Of a DNA stretch of 64,000 bases, positions 20,140-30,160 are shown piece after piece. The notes beneath the pieces were generated by a model that saw only the letters and a list, made by a program, of their open reading frames with translations, ran no database searches and was not told the origin of the DNA. Within the stretch, counting starts at the first letter, position 1; every line of letters begins with the position of its first letter. The position numbers were made by a program, and so were the translations under genes. Location of the stretch: IMG/VR virus record IMGVR_UViG_3300018962_000001, positions 62,001 to 126,000 of that record, one strand, 5' to 3'.

Positions 20140-20462
20140 CCGAGATTCCTTATCTGCGGCAGCTGGACGCCATTCAGAACCTGTTGGAGGTGACCGCCCG
20201 CCAAACCGACTCGCCAATTCACGAAATTTGTGGAGCCACGAGCGCGTTAGTGCAAGCACATACCCTCCGGTCACGCGCCGCGTTTATTCAGGCCGTCCGT
20301 ACGCACCTGCAAAGTGCGACGGCGGCGACGGCGGCGGCGGATCACACGACGGCTGGATTTCATGCGGCGGCGGCAGGAACATTGGGAGCGTTGGGTATGC
20401 AGCTTTGGCGCGAAAATCCCCCGATTCAGGTGATCCGGGGGGGCGTGAGGTTTGTCGAATGA
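20136..20462 (+). CDS. hypothetical protein
   Basis: ATGA overlap. Confidence 0.6.
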   Translation: MTEIPYLRQLDAIQNLLEVTARQTDSPIHEICGATSALVQAHTLRSRAAFIQAVRTHLQSATAATAAADHTTAGFHAAAAGTLGALGMQLWRENPPIQVIRGGVRFVE

Positions 20463-20776
20463 GTGATCCCCTGGCTCGAAAACGGGCGTTGATCCACATC
20501 CTGATGCTCCTGAATGCCAGTGATACCGACGACCTGACGCCGGAAGGTCAATCGGCACGGGCGGGGATCGCCTGGGCCTTGGGAGAAGCGACCATGATCC
20601 CCACCGAATCGGCGCTCCGGGCGGCATCGCGCGCGCATCTCGATCAGGCCCATGCTGCTGAACGGCGCGGCCTCCTCGCCGACGTTCACTTTTATGCGGC
20701 GGCGGCGGCGGTGCAGCACGAACTCGCTGATCGGGTCTGGCCGCCCCGTTCCGACCTTCCTATCTCCCTTGACTAG
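20459..20776 (+). CDS. hypothetical protein
   Basis: ATGA overlap. Confidence 0.6.
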   Translation: MSDPLARKRALIHILMLLNASDTDDLTPEGQSARAGIAWALGEATMIPTESALRAASRAHLDQAHAAERRGLLADVHFYAAAAAVQHELADRVWPPRSDLPISLD

Positions 20777-20797
20777 CGCAGTAATATGCGCTATGAT
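20769..20797 (+). promoter_or_regulatory. sigma70-type promoter
   Basis: TTGACT-N17-TATGAT. Confidence 0.8.
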
Positions 20798-20821
20798 ACA
20801 GCTATGCTGGAAGGAGACGGT

Positions 20822-21301
20822 ATGATTCACACGGACCAATGGCGGGCGCGTCGGACGCTGTGCTGGGATGGTACCCCCATTCCCCGTGCGCAGTGGGGCG
20901 GCGATCACTGGAGTGTCCTGGCGTATGTCCATTCTGTGGTTGTCAACGGGGCAGCGATCGAGCCGAGTCGGATGCAAACGAATCCAACGCGCCATCCATT
21001 GCTGCAAGGAGAGGCGCAACGGCGCTCCTTGCTCCCCTACAACCCCGATCACTGCACGCGCCTGATCGACCCTGATGGAGTCGTCACCTATCTGCACGAG
21101 CATGATGACTGGGATTGTCTCGATGAGTTAGAGGACGCAGGGTTGGTGGAGATTGTCTCGCTCATCAACGGCATCGTTCGTCTGACCCCAGATGGGTTTG
21201 CTGTGGCTCAGGCACTGGTGGCACATCGGGGCCAAGGCGGATCATACGCCACCTTCCAGCCGTGGCGTACAGGGGCGGATTCAGCCGTGAGGATTCAGTG
21301 A
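20822..21301 (+). CDS. hypothetical protein
   Basis: AAGGAG RBS; HEHDDWDCLDELE motif. Confidence 0.7.
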   Translation: MIHTDQWRARRTLCWDGTPIPRAQWGGDHWSVLAYVHSVVVNGAAIEPSRMQTNPTRHPLLQGEAQRRSLLPYNPDHCTRLIDPDGVVTYLHEHDDWDCLDELEDAGLVEIVSLINGIVRLTPDGFAVAQALVAHRGQGGSYATFQPWRTGADSAVRIQ

Positions 21302-21630
21302 TGACCACGCAGGAACGTGACGCGGGAGCGCCGAGAACCTGGCAATCGATTATCCACGCGCATTGGCGGCGTGAGATGACCGAGCGACTTGCGATCTTTC
21401 AAACACAAGCACACCCCGCCGTCTATCGCCAGGTGGTTGCCGATCTTGCGACCTGTACACCGGGTGATGTCGTGTGGGAAGCCATCGATCGCTTTGTTGC
21501 CCATCGTATCGGTGTGGACCCGCGATTTCCCTTGCTCGATCCGCCACGCCACCAGGCCGAGGGCGATTATCTGCATGCCCTGTTGTGGGATGCCATTGAG
21601 CGCCAGATGGAACAGGAGCCTCTATGTTAA
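21301..21630 (+). CDS. hypothetical protein
   Basis: stop/start overlap. Confidence 0.6.
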   Translation: MTTQERDAGAPRTWQSIIHAHWRREMTERLAIFQTQAHPAVYRQVVADLATCTPGDVVWEAIDRFVAHRIGVDPRFPLLDPPRHQAEGDYLHALLWDAIERQMEQEPLC

Positions 21631-21908
21631 TCCACCTTGATCATCGGTATCTTTGGCTTGATTTTGATCGCATCCGTGAAATTCGGTTTTTTGAGGCCGG
21701 TACTACTGGGCGCACGGAGTCGGGAATCACGATCGAATGGGTAACAACCCAGGGCGTCCTCGACGAACGCCGGGAATATACCTGTTCGCCCGAAGCCCTG
21801 GAGCGCGTCCGGGCGATTCTGGATGCAGTGCAGGCCGCCACTACGGAACCGCTTGTGACCCGAAAGGAGCCGGTATCGACCGTTCGCCGCCACGCCGCCC
21901 GACCATAA
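21624..21908 (+). CDS. hypothetical protein
   Basis: AGGAG RBS. Confidence 0.55.
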   Translation: MLIHLDHRYLWLDFDRIREIRFFEAGTTGRTESGITIEWVTTQGVLDERREYTCSPEALERVRAILDAVQAATTEPLVTRKEPVSTVRRHAARP

Positions 21909-22046
21909 CCTACGATCGCGAGGTGCGCCTGTTTCGCCTGGCGTATCGTGATCGCCTGATCGATCTGTTTGTTTCCTATATCGCTGCGGATGAGTACTGG
22001 CAGACTCAGTGTGTGCCTCGGCTCGATTCCAGCGGGGAGCTTCCCT

Positions 22047-22463
22047 ATGACGACGTACCCCCTACCCTTTAATACCGCCCGCCATCATCTGCTCGTGCAG
22101 TTGCCGGATGATCAGATTTTCGAGCTGGCCGTGGTCGCCGACTGGTTGGGGACCACGCCCGGCGGCACTACGCCGACGCTCGAAGATTTCATGGAGCGGC
22201 AGTGCCAGGGGCTTGATCGCGACCATGCTCGGCAGGCGGTTCTTGGCTTTCTCCGTACCTGCCTGGCAATGGAGTGCGACGATGCCGCCGGATGCCAGTG
22301 TGCGGTGGTGCAGGCCGAGGTCGAACGCCGGTATGCAGCGCTTGATCCCACGGCGTATCGCACGCCCGCCGTGTACGACGGCCTGCTACTGCCGGACATC
22401 CTGACGTATTTCACAATGGTGGAAGCGTTTGAGGGAACGCATCGGTCGGTCGCAACTGCCTGA
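22047..22463 (+). CDS. hypothetical protein
   Basis: GGGGAG RBS. Confidence 0.6.
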   Translation: MTTYPLPFNTARHHLLVQLPDDQIFELAVVADWLGTTPGGTTPTLEDFMERQCQGLDRDHARQAVLGFLRTCLAMECDDAAGCQCAVVQAEVERRYAALDPTAYRTPAVYDGLLLPDILTYFTMVEAFEGTHRSVATA

Positions 22464-22473
22464 GGAGGATGCG

Positions 22474-22728
22474 ATGGAATCGCTTCGTATGACCGGCACG
22501 TGGCCCACTTGGGGAATCATGCTGCCCGTGATTCAGAGCAACATCCCCTATCTCATTCGATCACGTGATCGGGTGCTCATTCTTCAACCGGACGCTGAGG
22601 ACCGGATTCAAGAAGCATGCGATCAGATGCTTTCGTTGCCCGAATTGCCGTTTGATCCGGCATCCGATCTGCTCGCGCTGTGGAGCGATCAGGCGGCGCT
22701 TGAACGCGAGGTGGGCGATGATGGATGA
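22474..22728 (+). CDS. hypothetical protein
   Basis: GGAGG RBS. Confidence 0.6.
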   Translation: MESLRMTGTWPTWGIMLPVIQSNIPYLIRSRDRVLILQPDAEDRIQEACDQMLSLPELPFDPASDLLALWSDQAALEREVGDDG

Positions 22729-23212
22729 TCTCATGGCCCGCCTTGCCCGCGCCGAAGCGCGCCTTACCCGTGCCGAGTCGGAACTGCGCGCGGCCTATGC
22801 CGCCCATGACTCCGAATGGGGTAAGCCCGGCGATCAGATCGATTGGGCGCGTATGGGCGCGCTCGAATCCTCCGTGCGCGCGCGTGCCCAGCAAGCCGAT
22901 CATTGGCACGCGCGCTATGACGAGCAACGGGCCATCGTGAATCGGTTGCACGCGACCCACCAGATCCTCGGTACCTGCGATTGGGGCGGGTGCGAGGCCC
23001 GCGCGGTCGCGCTTCGCGAGGCCGAGGCGGGGGCCTGGGTCGCCGTATGCCAGGAGCATACAGCGCAAGCAGACGAGCTGCGGGCGATCTATGCGGCCTT
23101 CGGCTGGGAGTATGGTGTTGATGACGTGCGGTGGACGACCGTTGCCCATGTGACCGGCCTCGATCCTGACCGCAGTTCCCCCGTACAGGAGTCCGACCAT
23201 GCCGAGCATTGA
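22718..23212 (+). CDS. coiled-coil hypothetical protein
   Basis: GAGG RBS, chain. Confidence 0.6.
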   Translation: MMDDLMARLARAEARLTRAESELRAAYAAHDSEWGKPGDQIDWARMGALESSVRARAQQADHWHARYDEQRAIVNRLHATHQILGTCDWGGCEARAVALREAEAGAWVAVCQEHTAQADELRAIYAAFGWEYGVDDVRWTTVAHVTGLDPDRSSPVQESDHAEH

Positions 23213-23411
23213 TCAACGGCCCATTGTATTATCGCTGGATCTGGACCAGGCCCTTCGCCTGGTCCTGCTGCTGCGCGCACAAAGTGCCGTGGCGCGTAAC
23301 ACCCCGGACTATCCCCAGGCGCAATCACTGGCGGAGTATGTGGAAGCCCGCTGTGCCGCGACCTTTGGCCCCGGCTTTTTTGGATCACTCAGCGAGGACC
23401 AACCAGCATGA
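23199..23411 (+). CDS. hypothetical protein
   Basis: AGGAG RBS. Confidence 0.55.
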   Translation: MPSIDQRPIVLSLDLDQALRLVLLLRAQSAVARNTPDYPQAQSLAEYVEARCAATFGPGFFGSLSEDQPA

Positions 23412-23668
23412 CGATGGCTCGCATTGAAGTCACCTATGAAGCCGAGTCCGAGACCGCTACGACCGTGTGGGAAACATACACAATGAAATATCCCACGTGG
23501 TCACGGACCTTTCTTGAGGAGCAGGTCGAACGGATTGCTCAGCGAGGATTCTGGCTAGACACCCTTCCGGCAGACAGCGACTGGTTGGCGGAGTCGGTGC
23601 AGGCACAATTTGTCCCCGCCTGCCGTATTTGGCGGTTGGTGATTCTGATTCCTGCGAGTGCCCCTTGA
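23408..23668 (+). CDS. hypothetical protein
   Basis: ATGA overlap. Confidence 0.55.
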   Translation: MTMARIEVTYEAESETATTVWETYTMKYPTWSRTFLEEQVERIAQRGFWLDTLPADSDWLAESVQAQFVPACRIWRLVILIPASAP

Positions 23669-23768
23669 CAAGCGCTCATTGGCGCGGTAAGATGAGTAGA
23701 GCAGGCTGTACGGATTCTGGTATGAGCAGGTCGTGCCCCTTGACAGGCTGGGGGGCAATCAGTACGCT
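23665..23768 (+). promoter_or_regulatory. tandem sigma70-type promoters
   Basis: TTGACA-N17-TAAGAT (23665) and TTGACA-N17-TACGCT (23740). Confidence 0.7.
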
Positions 23769-23794
23769 TGGGAGGTGTCTGTAGGAGGAGATCC

Positions 23795-24178
23795 ATGAGT
23801 ATTATCATGTCACGTGAGTTCAAACACGATCTCACCGCGATGGAACGACTGACTGCCGTTGTCTTAGACGTGCCGACCTTGTTTCATATCCAGCGTCTGA
23901 CTCAGCAGTACGAGTCCGCGCTCCATGAGGCCTTAGAAGCCTTGGGTGCCGATCCGACAACCCGCGCCCACTATGAGATTATCCGGTGGCGCTATGGCTT
24001 TGATGACGGCCAGTGGACCTCGCTGGAAAAGATCGGCAAGGAACGGGGGCCGGTGACCAAGGAGCGTATCCGGCAGGTTGAAGAAAGCGCCCTCAACCGG
24101 CTGCGCCGGGCAATCGGGGCACACCGGCAACATTTGAGTCATGTTCGGGCGCGCGAAGCGGCAGCGGTCGGCTCCTAA
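23795..24178 (+). CDS. sigma-70 region 4 (HTH) domain protein
   Basis: EIIRWRYGFDDGQWTSLEKIG...VTKERIRQVEESALNRLR. Confidence 0.85.
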   Translation: MSIIMSREFKHDLTAMERLTAVVLDVPTLFHIQRLTQQYESALHEALEALGADPTTRAHYEIIRWRYGFDDGQWTSLEKIGKERGPVTKERIRQVEESALNRLRRAIGAHRQHLSHVRAREAAAVGS

Positions 24179-24188
24179 GGAGGGAATC

Positions 24189-24653
24189 GTGGCGGGATTA
24201 ACCCACACGCAGCGCTGTTTGGAGGCGCAGGCCCGGCGGGAACGTCGCCGGACTCGTTGGTTCGATCGGTGGCCGCAGGCATGTCGGACCTGTGAGGCGC
24301 AGACCGAGGGATCGTGGCCGTGCCTGGGTGATCATACCCGCAGTTGTCTGGAAGGGCACTGCTCACCGAGGCACCAGCGCTCGTGTTTATACGCGCTCAC
24401 CTGTCCGCGGTGTGGTCAGGCGGAGGCGCTGCATCCTGAAAATGCGCTGGTGCCGTGCCGGTTTTGTAACTGGCAGGAGGTCGCTATGGACACCGTGAAT
24501 CCAATGGGGTGTCCACCACCGTACGAATGTTGCTGCCGTGTCGCCCGCGCCGCCGCCGCCGAGCAGACCCGTGAGCTCCTCCTGCGCGAACGTGATCGCT
24601 TGGATCAGGAAATTCGCCGCGTCGGGCAGGTCCGTAATCGGATTCGATCATGA
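24189..24653 (+). CDS. Cys-rich hypothetical protein
   Basis: multiple CxxC; GGAGG RBS. Confidence 0.6.
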   Translation: MAGLTHTQRCLEAQARRERRRTRWFDRWPQACRTCEAQTEGSWPCLGDHTRSCLEGHCSPRHQRSCLYALTCPRCGQAEALHPENALVPCRFCNWQEVAMDTVNPMGCPPPYECCCRVARAAAAEQTRELLLRERDRLDQEIRRVGQVRNRIRS

Positions 24654-24859
24654 TGATCCTGCTGGTGCTGACTCATTTAATCATTGGCGCACTGTGCCTG
24701 GGGTTAGCGCAGTGGTTGTTTCAGAATCGCGCTCAGCGCGGCCCCTGGCAGGGCTGGGGGCTGCCCGTGATTCTGGTCCCGGTGGCGATTATCGTATTTT
24801 TGTCGGCCCTCGGAACCGTGCTGTACGGCGAGTCGTCCTCGTCGCTCGGAATCGACTAG
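24650..24859 (+). CDS. small two-TM membrane protein
   Basis: two hydrophobic segments. Confidence 0.6.
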   Translation: MMILLVLTHLIIGALCLGLAQWLFQNRAQRGPWQGWGLPVILVPVAIIVFLSALGTVLYGESSSSLGID

Positions 24860-24863
24860 ATCC

Positions 24864-25256
24864 ATGTCAAAACGACCCAGACTCACGCCGCTGCGGACGC
24901 GAATCAACATCCAGCTTCCGCGCCGTGGCGATTTTCTGCTGCCCGATGGTCGGCGTCTTGTGTACTGGCGAGAATACCAGTCTCCGCACGTGATTGCCGG
25001 ACGCTTATGGCGGCTGGCGCAGGCGGAAGGATCGGCCCTGGTGATTACCGGATCACTTGATCCGACGCCCACCGGCCCGATCCTGCATCTCAGCATCACT
25101 GGAACCGAGTCGCTCGTCGATTGGCCGACCGTGCTGGCCGTGCGCGACGTACTGGCTCCGCCACCGTTGACACTGATGGTGGCGCTTCCGCGCCCGATCG
25201 ATCTGGAGAAGCACATGCTGCATCTCTTTCAGGTTCCGCCGTGGAGGAAATCATGA
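24864..25256 (+). CDS. hypothetical phage protein
   Basis: LHLSIT...WPTVLAVRD...HLFQ. Confidence 0.6.
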   Translation: MSKRPRLTPLRTRINIQLPRRGDFLLPDGRRLVYWREYQSPHVIAGRLWRLAQAEGSALVITGSLDPTPTGPILHLSITGTESLVDWPTVLAVRDVLAPPPLTLMVALPRPIDLEKHMLHLFQVPPWRKS

Positions 25257-25549
25257 CCATGCCCGAAACGCCGCAAGCAACGGTCTTACGCATCGTCGCC
25301 AAGGCGCTGGATGTCGATGCGACCATGATCGATCAGCTGCAAAATCATGCGCAGGATTGTACCTGCGTTCCGTGCCTGCATTTTATGGCCGCCGATCCCG
25401 ATCGGGACCACCATCCCTGTCCCCATCCGCACTGGCCGCCGAACTGCATCTTTTGTAAGGTCGTGCGCGAGGCAGGCATTCCGCCTGCCGATCCGGCGTG
25501 GCTTGCGAAGGTTCTGGCGGTGTATCACCCGGAGGATGGTGATGCCTGA
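25253..25549 (+). CDS. Cys/His-rich hypothetical protein
   Basis: ATGA overlap. Confidence 0.6.
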   Translation: MTMPETPQATVLRIVAKALDVDATMIDQLQNHAQDCTCVPCLHFMAADPDRDHHPCPHPHWPPNCIFCKVVREAGIPPADPAWLAKVLAVYHPEDGDA

Positions 25550-25907
25550 TCTTGATCCCACCCTGTTTATGACCAATCTTGACACGGCGCTGCTTGCCGC
25601 AGTCCAGGCCATTGTGGATCAAGTGCCGCTGGCCGAGCGCGAGTCCGTCGCCGATCAGACCGCAGACTCCGCGCTCCCCATCGTCCAAACCCTCGTTGGT
25701 GTTGCGATGGTCCTGGAGTCGGTCACGCCGGAGGAATACCCGCAGGCCATGAAGTCCATCACGATGTTTGGTCGTCTCTTGGTGCTGCTAGGCTACATCC
25801 ACGGGCGCGACCTGTGGAATCCATCGAGGAGGAAGGCTGATGACGATGTACGACCGGCATCCAGCGATGCTATTGGAAACCGCCCTGCAAGCGATCCTGT
25901 CGTTTGA
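25542..25907 (+). CDS. hypothetical protein
   Basis: GGAGG RBS. Confidence 0.6.
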   Translation: MPDLDPTLFMTNLDTALLAAVQAIVDQVPLAERESVADQTADSALPIVQTLVGVAMVLESVTPEEYPQAMKSITMFGRLLVLLGYIHGRDLWNPSRRKADDDVRPASSDAIGNRPASDPVV

Positions 25908-26133
25908 GGAACGGGGCGCGGTGCTTGATGCGAATCTGCCGGTGCTCACCACCTTTACCGAGCAGATTGATCGTCTGGTCGGGGCTATCCCTGGCCTGGC
26001 GGGCGAGGATCGTCACAAGGTCAGAACTGGCCTGTATATTCTGGCCGAGGATCTGGTGCTGGCCGGATATGTGCATGGCCGGACAGGACACCCGATCTCC
26101 GTTCTGTCGCCATCCGCGAGAGAATCGCGATGA
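25840..26133 (+). CDS. hypothetical protein
   Basis: GGAGG RBS; C-terminal LxGYxHGR shared with the previous ORF. Confidence 0.55.
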   Translation: MTMYDRHPAMLLETALQAILSFEERGAVLDANLPVLTTFTEQIDRLVGAIPGLAGEDRHKVRTGLYILAEDLVLAGYVHGRTGHPISVLSPSARESR

Positions 26134-26867
26134 GCGAGTGGCTCCACTGGACCCATATCACCAGCTACCGCGAGGAACGCTGGACCGCGGCACTCTATGA
26201 TCCGACGACTGAGCGCATGATCACGGCGGTTGTCCATGCCATCGGGCGCATGCGGCAATCCGAGTCCGAGGGCACGTTTACGGCCTGGATCAACTGGGGA
26301 ACGGACGCCTTGCCCGAACGGCCCACGAAACCGCTCAAGGATCGGCAGGCGGCGCAGCGCTGGTGTGAACGCCGGTTGCAACGAGTCGGTGTCACCAACC
26401 AGGATACAAAATCACAGGAGACTCCCCCGATGGATGAAGTAAGCCCGCGATCGCTCGCCCAGGCCCAGCTCATTGCCGCAGAGGCCGTGCTTGCCAAACG
26501 CCAGCAAACCGTGAGCCTGGTTGCGACGCGCGATGAGAAAGGGACCAGCGATCATGGTGGAGGAACCTCTCTGGAGACGGCCCTGCACGAGTATGCCGTA
26601 GCCTGGGATGCTCGTGAGCGGGTGCTGACCCGGTGTAGTCAGATCGATGCGGAGTCGATTGATTGGACTCGGCATTTGTGGAGCGTTCTGGAGCAGTTTC
26701 GTGCCGTGATCCGGCAACGCCAGATTGATCCGGCGGCGGCGGTGGTCTTTATCACCGGAGAGCTTACTGTGTCGATCGATTTTGGCCCAGGCCAGCCGCA
26801 GGTGACCGGACGAGACCTCTTTGATGTCTTGGGCGCATTAACAGCGCTGGAGGAGGATTTGGCATGA
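26130..26867 (+). CDS. hypothetical protein
   Basis: 245 aa, ATGA overlap. Confidence 0.65.
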   Translation: MSEWLHWTHITSYREERWTAALYDPTTERMITAVVHAIGRMRQSESEGTFTAWINWGTDALPERPTKPLKDRQAAQRWCERRLQRVGVTNQDTKSQETPPMDEVSPRSLAQAQLIAAEAVLAKRQQTVSLVATRDEKGTSDHGGGTSLETALHEYAVAWDARERVLTRCSQIDAESIDWTRHLWSVLEQFRAVIRQRQIDPAAAVVFITGELTVSIDFGPGQPQVTGRDLFDVLGALTALEEDLA

Positions 26868-27196
26868 CACGCATTTCCCGGCGGCGGCGGTGGTGGCAAT
26901 GGTGGAACCTTCGTATCGGTGGTCGGCTGCACATCGATTGGGAGGATGGCAGGCAGATGCATCTGCTGGTCGGCGATACGCTGCGGTTGGCGATGACCTG
27001 CGACACCTGCCATGTCGATATACTGGTGTACTCGTTTGAGCCGCACGCGGTTGCGCCGTGGCACCGTTGGCGGGAATCGGTGCGATTGAAGGCGGTTGCC
27101 GAGGCCGTGCCGCATGGCGAACCCTGCCGGAGCCTGGGAAAGCAAACGCCCCGAAAGTCCTGGATCTGGGCCAATTCGGACGAATCGCATGAGTGA
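26864..27196 (+). CDS. hypothetical protein
   Basis: ATGA overlap. Confidence 0.55.
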   Translation: MTRISRRRRWWQWWNLRIGGRLHIDWEDGRQMHLLVGDTLRLAMTCDTCHVDILVYSFEPHAVAPWHRWRESVRLKAVAEAVPHGEPCRSLGKQTPRKSWIWANSDESHE

Positions 27197-27758
27197 TACC
27201 TGGATTGCGGTTGTTCCGCTCGATCCGGGGACGGAGGCCGAAGATCGCGTGTCTGGTGGCGTGGTGCTGGCGCGGCTCCGTGAGTCCCTGTGGTATCGAT
27301 TCCAAACGCACTGCTTCCCGCAGGTGGTCGGCCAGTGGTGGTATGGAACCGTGCAGTTGTATCTGCATCGCCCCCCCCGGTCGGATGATCTCCTACCGCC
27401 GCCGCCGCCGCAGATGCGCCTCAGTAGTACGGAAGCGGCGAGAGACATTCAGGCGCGGTGGGGCAGCTATTCCGGGGCGGAAGCAACCCAGCGCATCCGC
27501 CGGTTTGATCTTGATCGCGTCTGGACGCGCGCGCTGCTTCAGCAGCGGTGGACGGGACGTTCCCAGGCGGTCGATCGGGCACAATACACGGTATGGCAAA
27601 CCTTTTGTTGGGATGCACTGTATCCCATCGTGGTGCAGGGTCGCCCGATTCACCTGCGCCTGGGAGTGCATGCCACGGAACTCCCAGAACCTGATCCGAT
27701 GATCCTTGAAGGGCTGCGGGTCCGGGTCAGTGGTTGGGTCGAGGAGGTCACCGAATGA
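27189..27758 (+). CDS. hypothetical protein
   Basis: chain. Confidence 0.6.
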   Translation: MSDTWIAVVPLDPGTEAEDRVSGGVVLARLRESLWYRFQTHCFPQVVGQWWYGTVQLYLHRPPRSDDLLPPPPPQMRLSSTEAARDIQARWGSYSGAEATQRIRRFDLDRVWTRALLQQRWTGRSQAVDRAQYTVWQTFCWDALYPIVVQGRPIHLRLGVHATELPEPDPMILEGLRVRVSGWVEEVTE

Positions 27759-28150
27759 GCCACTCCCCCGATGATCGTACGCTCCTGAGCCGCCTGTGGG
27801 CCGGACCAGATTTAGGCGTGATCGACGCCTTGGAAGATCGCCTCCGCGCGTCTCGGCGCGGACGGATACCGATGCAGATTCTGCTCGCGCTCCGGGCGGC
27901 ATGGGTGGAAAACCGGCGGCTCCGCCAGCAGGTTGAGGAGCTGCAACGCCTCCATGCCCTGACGAGTCATGGACACCACTGGTTCCCCTTAACCCGGCCA
28001 CCCTATGGCCCATTCGGCTCCGATGCGCCCGATCGACCGATCACGCTCTACGTGCTCACCGAGAATCGGGCAGTCGCGATCTGTGATCTTGGACCGGGCG
28101 ATAGCCTGGTGGTCGGACGCGCCCCAGCCCCTGATCTTCCTACCGATTAA
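27755..28150 (+). CDS. hypothetical protein
   Basis: GGAGG RBS, ATGA overlap. Confidence 0.6.
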   Translation: MSHSPDDRTLLSRLWAGPDLGVIDALEDRLRASRRGRIPMQILLALRAAWVENRRLRQQVEELQRLHALTSHGHHWFPLTRPPYGPFGSDAPDRPITLYVLTENRAVAICDLGPGDSLVVGRAPAPDLPTD

Positions 28151-28157
28151 TCACCCC

Positions 28158-28186
28158 TTGACATATGCTTATCTCTGCGCTAAGCT
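28158..28186 (+). promoter_or_regulatory. sigma70-type promoter
   Basis: TTGACA-N17-TAAGCT. Confidence 0.75.
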
Positions 28187-28385
28187 GCTCCCATCATCGG
28201 ACGGCGGAGTGGCAGACGGAGGCCCATCCCTTATCGCCAGCGGCAGACGAGCAGGCCAAGGCGGACGACTCCGAACCGGACGGCCCAGGCAATCGGGAGG
28301 TCTTGGCTGGGGGCAGGCACGGCGTCTGTACGCCGTTCGTTCGGATCACCGGACCTCCCATCCGATCTGTTATGGTGGGGAACCT

Positions 28386-28910
28386 ATGATCACCTATCGC
28401 TTTATCTCATGCTCGGCGGCCCAGCAGTTTAAGGATGTTATGCTGGTTGCCACTATTCTGCGGGCAAAAGGGTATCTTGTCGATACCGATACCACAGCGG
28501 GAACGATCTCCTTTGATTCGTCCTACGCTATCCCGCTGCTCCGTTCAATCATAAAAAGTCGCCCGCTGCGCGCGGTTCTGGTGCCGACCGATCACGCTTT
28601 GGTCAATCTGGCGCGGTCGGAATCCGAATGGGATTCCGTGCCACGCTGGTATGCCCTTACCCAAACCGGGGCCAGCCGACACTATCTGCCGGACACGCCC
28701 TGGTATTTGGTTGTCCGCGATCCTGCGCCAAATGCGGAGCTTGCCCGCCAGGTCGCCCTGGCCCATATTGGCGACGGGGATGGCGATTCCTACTTGCAGG
28801 AGGAGCTTGATCACCTTCAGATCGTCAGTTATAGCGATCTCACGCGGTACCACATCGATCTGGAGCATTTGCGTAACGCGCAGGTTCGATCCTGGTATGT
28901 CGTTGAGTAA
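28386..28910 (+). CDS. hypothetical protein
   Basis: starts after a ~190-nt leader. Confidence 0.6.
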   Translation: MITYRFISCSAAQQFKDVMLVATILRAKGYLVDTDTTAGTISFDSSYAIPLLRSIIKSRPLRAVLVPTDHALVNLARSESEWDSVPRWYALTQTGASRHYLPDTPWYLVVRDPAPNAELARQVALAHIGDGDGDSYLQEELDHLQIVSYSDLTRYHIDLEHLRNAQVRSWYVVE

Positions 28911-28931
28911 CGGGCACGTGGGAGGATTCTC

Positions 28932-29186
28932 ATGGCAAGTCCATACACCTTTACGCGAGCAACAGAACTCGCCAAAAACTTCTTCTTGCACGATCGCCAC
29001 GGCACGATTGCGGATATGTACACCTCAGAATTGTGGGTTGCCCAGATCGTGTATGCCCTCAATTTTGTCGCGCTGATCCGAAAGATCCTGCGTATGCCCC
29101 TGCAACCGGAGGCGCGGGACCAGATGATTTTGGAAGAAGTGAGAAACTGGTTGAGTCCGCCGCCGCCGGGCTTCGAGGAGGAATAG
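28932..29186 (+). CDS. hypothetical protein
   Basis: GGAGG RBS. Confidence 0.6.
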   Translation: MASPYTFTRATELAKNFFLHDRHGTIADMYTSELWVAQIVYALNFVALIRKILRMPLQPEARDQMILEEVRNWLSPPPPGFEEE

Positions 29187-29513
29187 ATGAAAGTCTTAAT
29201 GACCGCCGATCTCGTGGAATCGAACCGGAAGCGATTGCAGCATATCTATCCCCTCCCGGTGGGGCTATTGGAGCGGGCAGATCCAGAAGGGCTGCATATT
29301 TTCTGTCGAACCTTTCTCCATGATACGGGGAAGGTGGTGACGATGCGCGGCACGCTGCTGGTGAAGCTTATCGATCAGGACGCTCCGTTCATGGTTGAGT
29401 TTGTGGATATTGAGCTGGATGTGTATAACCGCACGCTTGGGCCACAAGCGTTTGCCGATCTTGTGGCCCAGATGGAAGCCGCGATCGAGACCGAATCGCA
29501 GGAGCCAGCATGA
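29187..29513 (+). CDS. hypothetical protein
   Basis: abuts previous stop. Confidence 0.65.
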   Translation: MKVLMTADLVESNRKRLQHIYPLPVGLLERADPEGLHIFCRTFLHDTGKVVTMRGTLLVKLIDQDAPFMVEFVDIELDVYNRTLGPQAFADLVAQMEAAIETESQEPA

Positions 29514-29845
29514 TCGATTGGAAGGCAAAGTATCTGGAGGCAGACGCGGAGCGCGAACGGCTCGAACGCGCGCTGGCAACCGAACGTGGCCGACTTGCGC
29601 CAGCGGTCCCCCGAATCGTTGATGTTGAGTTAGAATCCCGGCTGACAGAGCTGGTGGAGCAGTACAACCGAATCTTTGCGATTCTGCGGTCGCATGGCCT
29701 GGAAACCTATGGACGTACCCAGGGATCGGTGCTTGTGTGGTACTACAAACTCCACGGTGTCGAGTATGGCGACTATGTGGATGAGTGGGCTGCCCTAAAC
29801 GCGCTGATTGCGCATGTCGCCGGGCAGAGCCTCATCGAAATGTAA
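29510..29845 (+). CDS. hypothetical protein
   Basis: ATGA overlap. Confidence 0.65.
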   Translation: MIDWKAKYLEADAERERLERALATERGRLAPAVPRIVDVELESRLTELVEQYNRIFAILRSHGLETYGRTQGSVLVWYYKLHGVEYGDYVDEWAALNALIAHVAGQSLIEM

Positions 29846-29856
29846 TGGGAGTCAGC

Positions 29857-30135
29857 ATGCCCCAGTTTGTCACCCATGCCATCCAGATCTGCGGCATCGC
29901 GCCGGATGACGTGCCGCAGCAGCTCGACCTGCTGAACAATGACGAGGGGGACGGTCCTTTTCTGCTTCGGCTGTGGGCGTTGTCCTTTGAGTCGCGCGGG
30001 TATTTGGTGCGGCAGCATGGCGAGCACGTGTATCAACTGCGCCGGGAAACCGCCCAGGCGACCCACGTGTACTATCTCCGGTTGGTTGCGATCTTAGACG
30101 AACGAACACTGGAATGGGATCATCATACCCCTTGA
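29857..30135 (+). CDS. hypothetical protein
   Basis: GGGAG RBS. Confidence 0.6.
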   Translation: MPQFVTHAIQICGIAPDDVPQQLDLLNNDEGDGPFLLRLWALSFESRGYLVRQHGEHVYQLRRETAQATHVYYLRLVAILDERTLEWDHHTP

Positions 30136-30160
30136 CTTGTGCTTATCTATGCGCTATGAT
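30132..30160 (+). promoter_or_regulatory. sigma70-type promoter
   Basis: TTGACT-N17-TATGAT. Confidence 0.8.
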
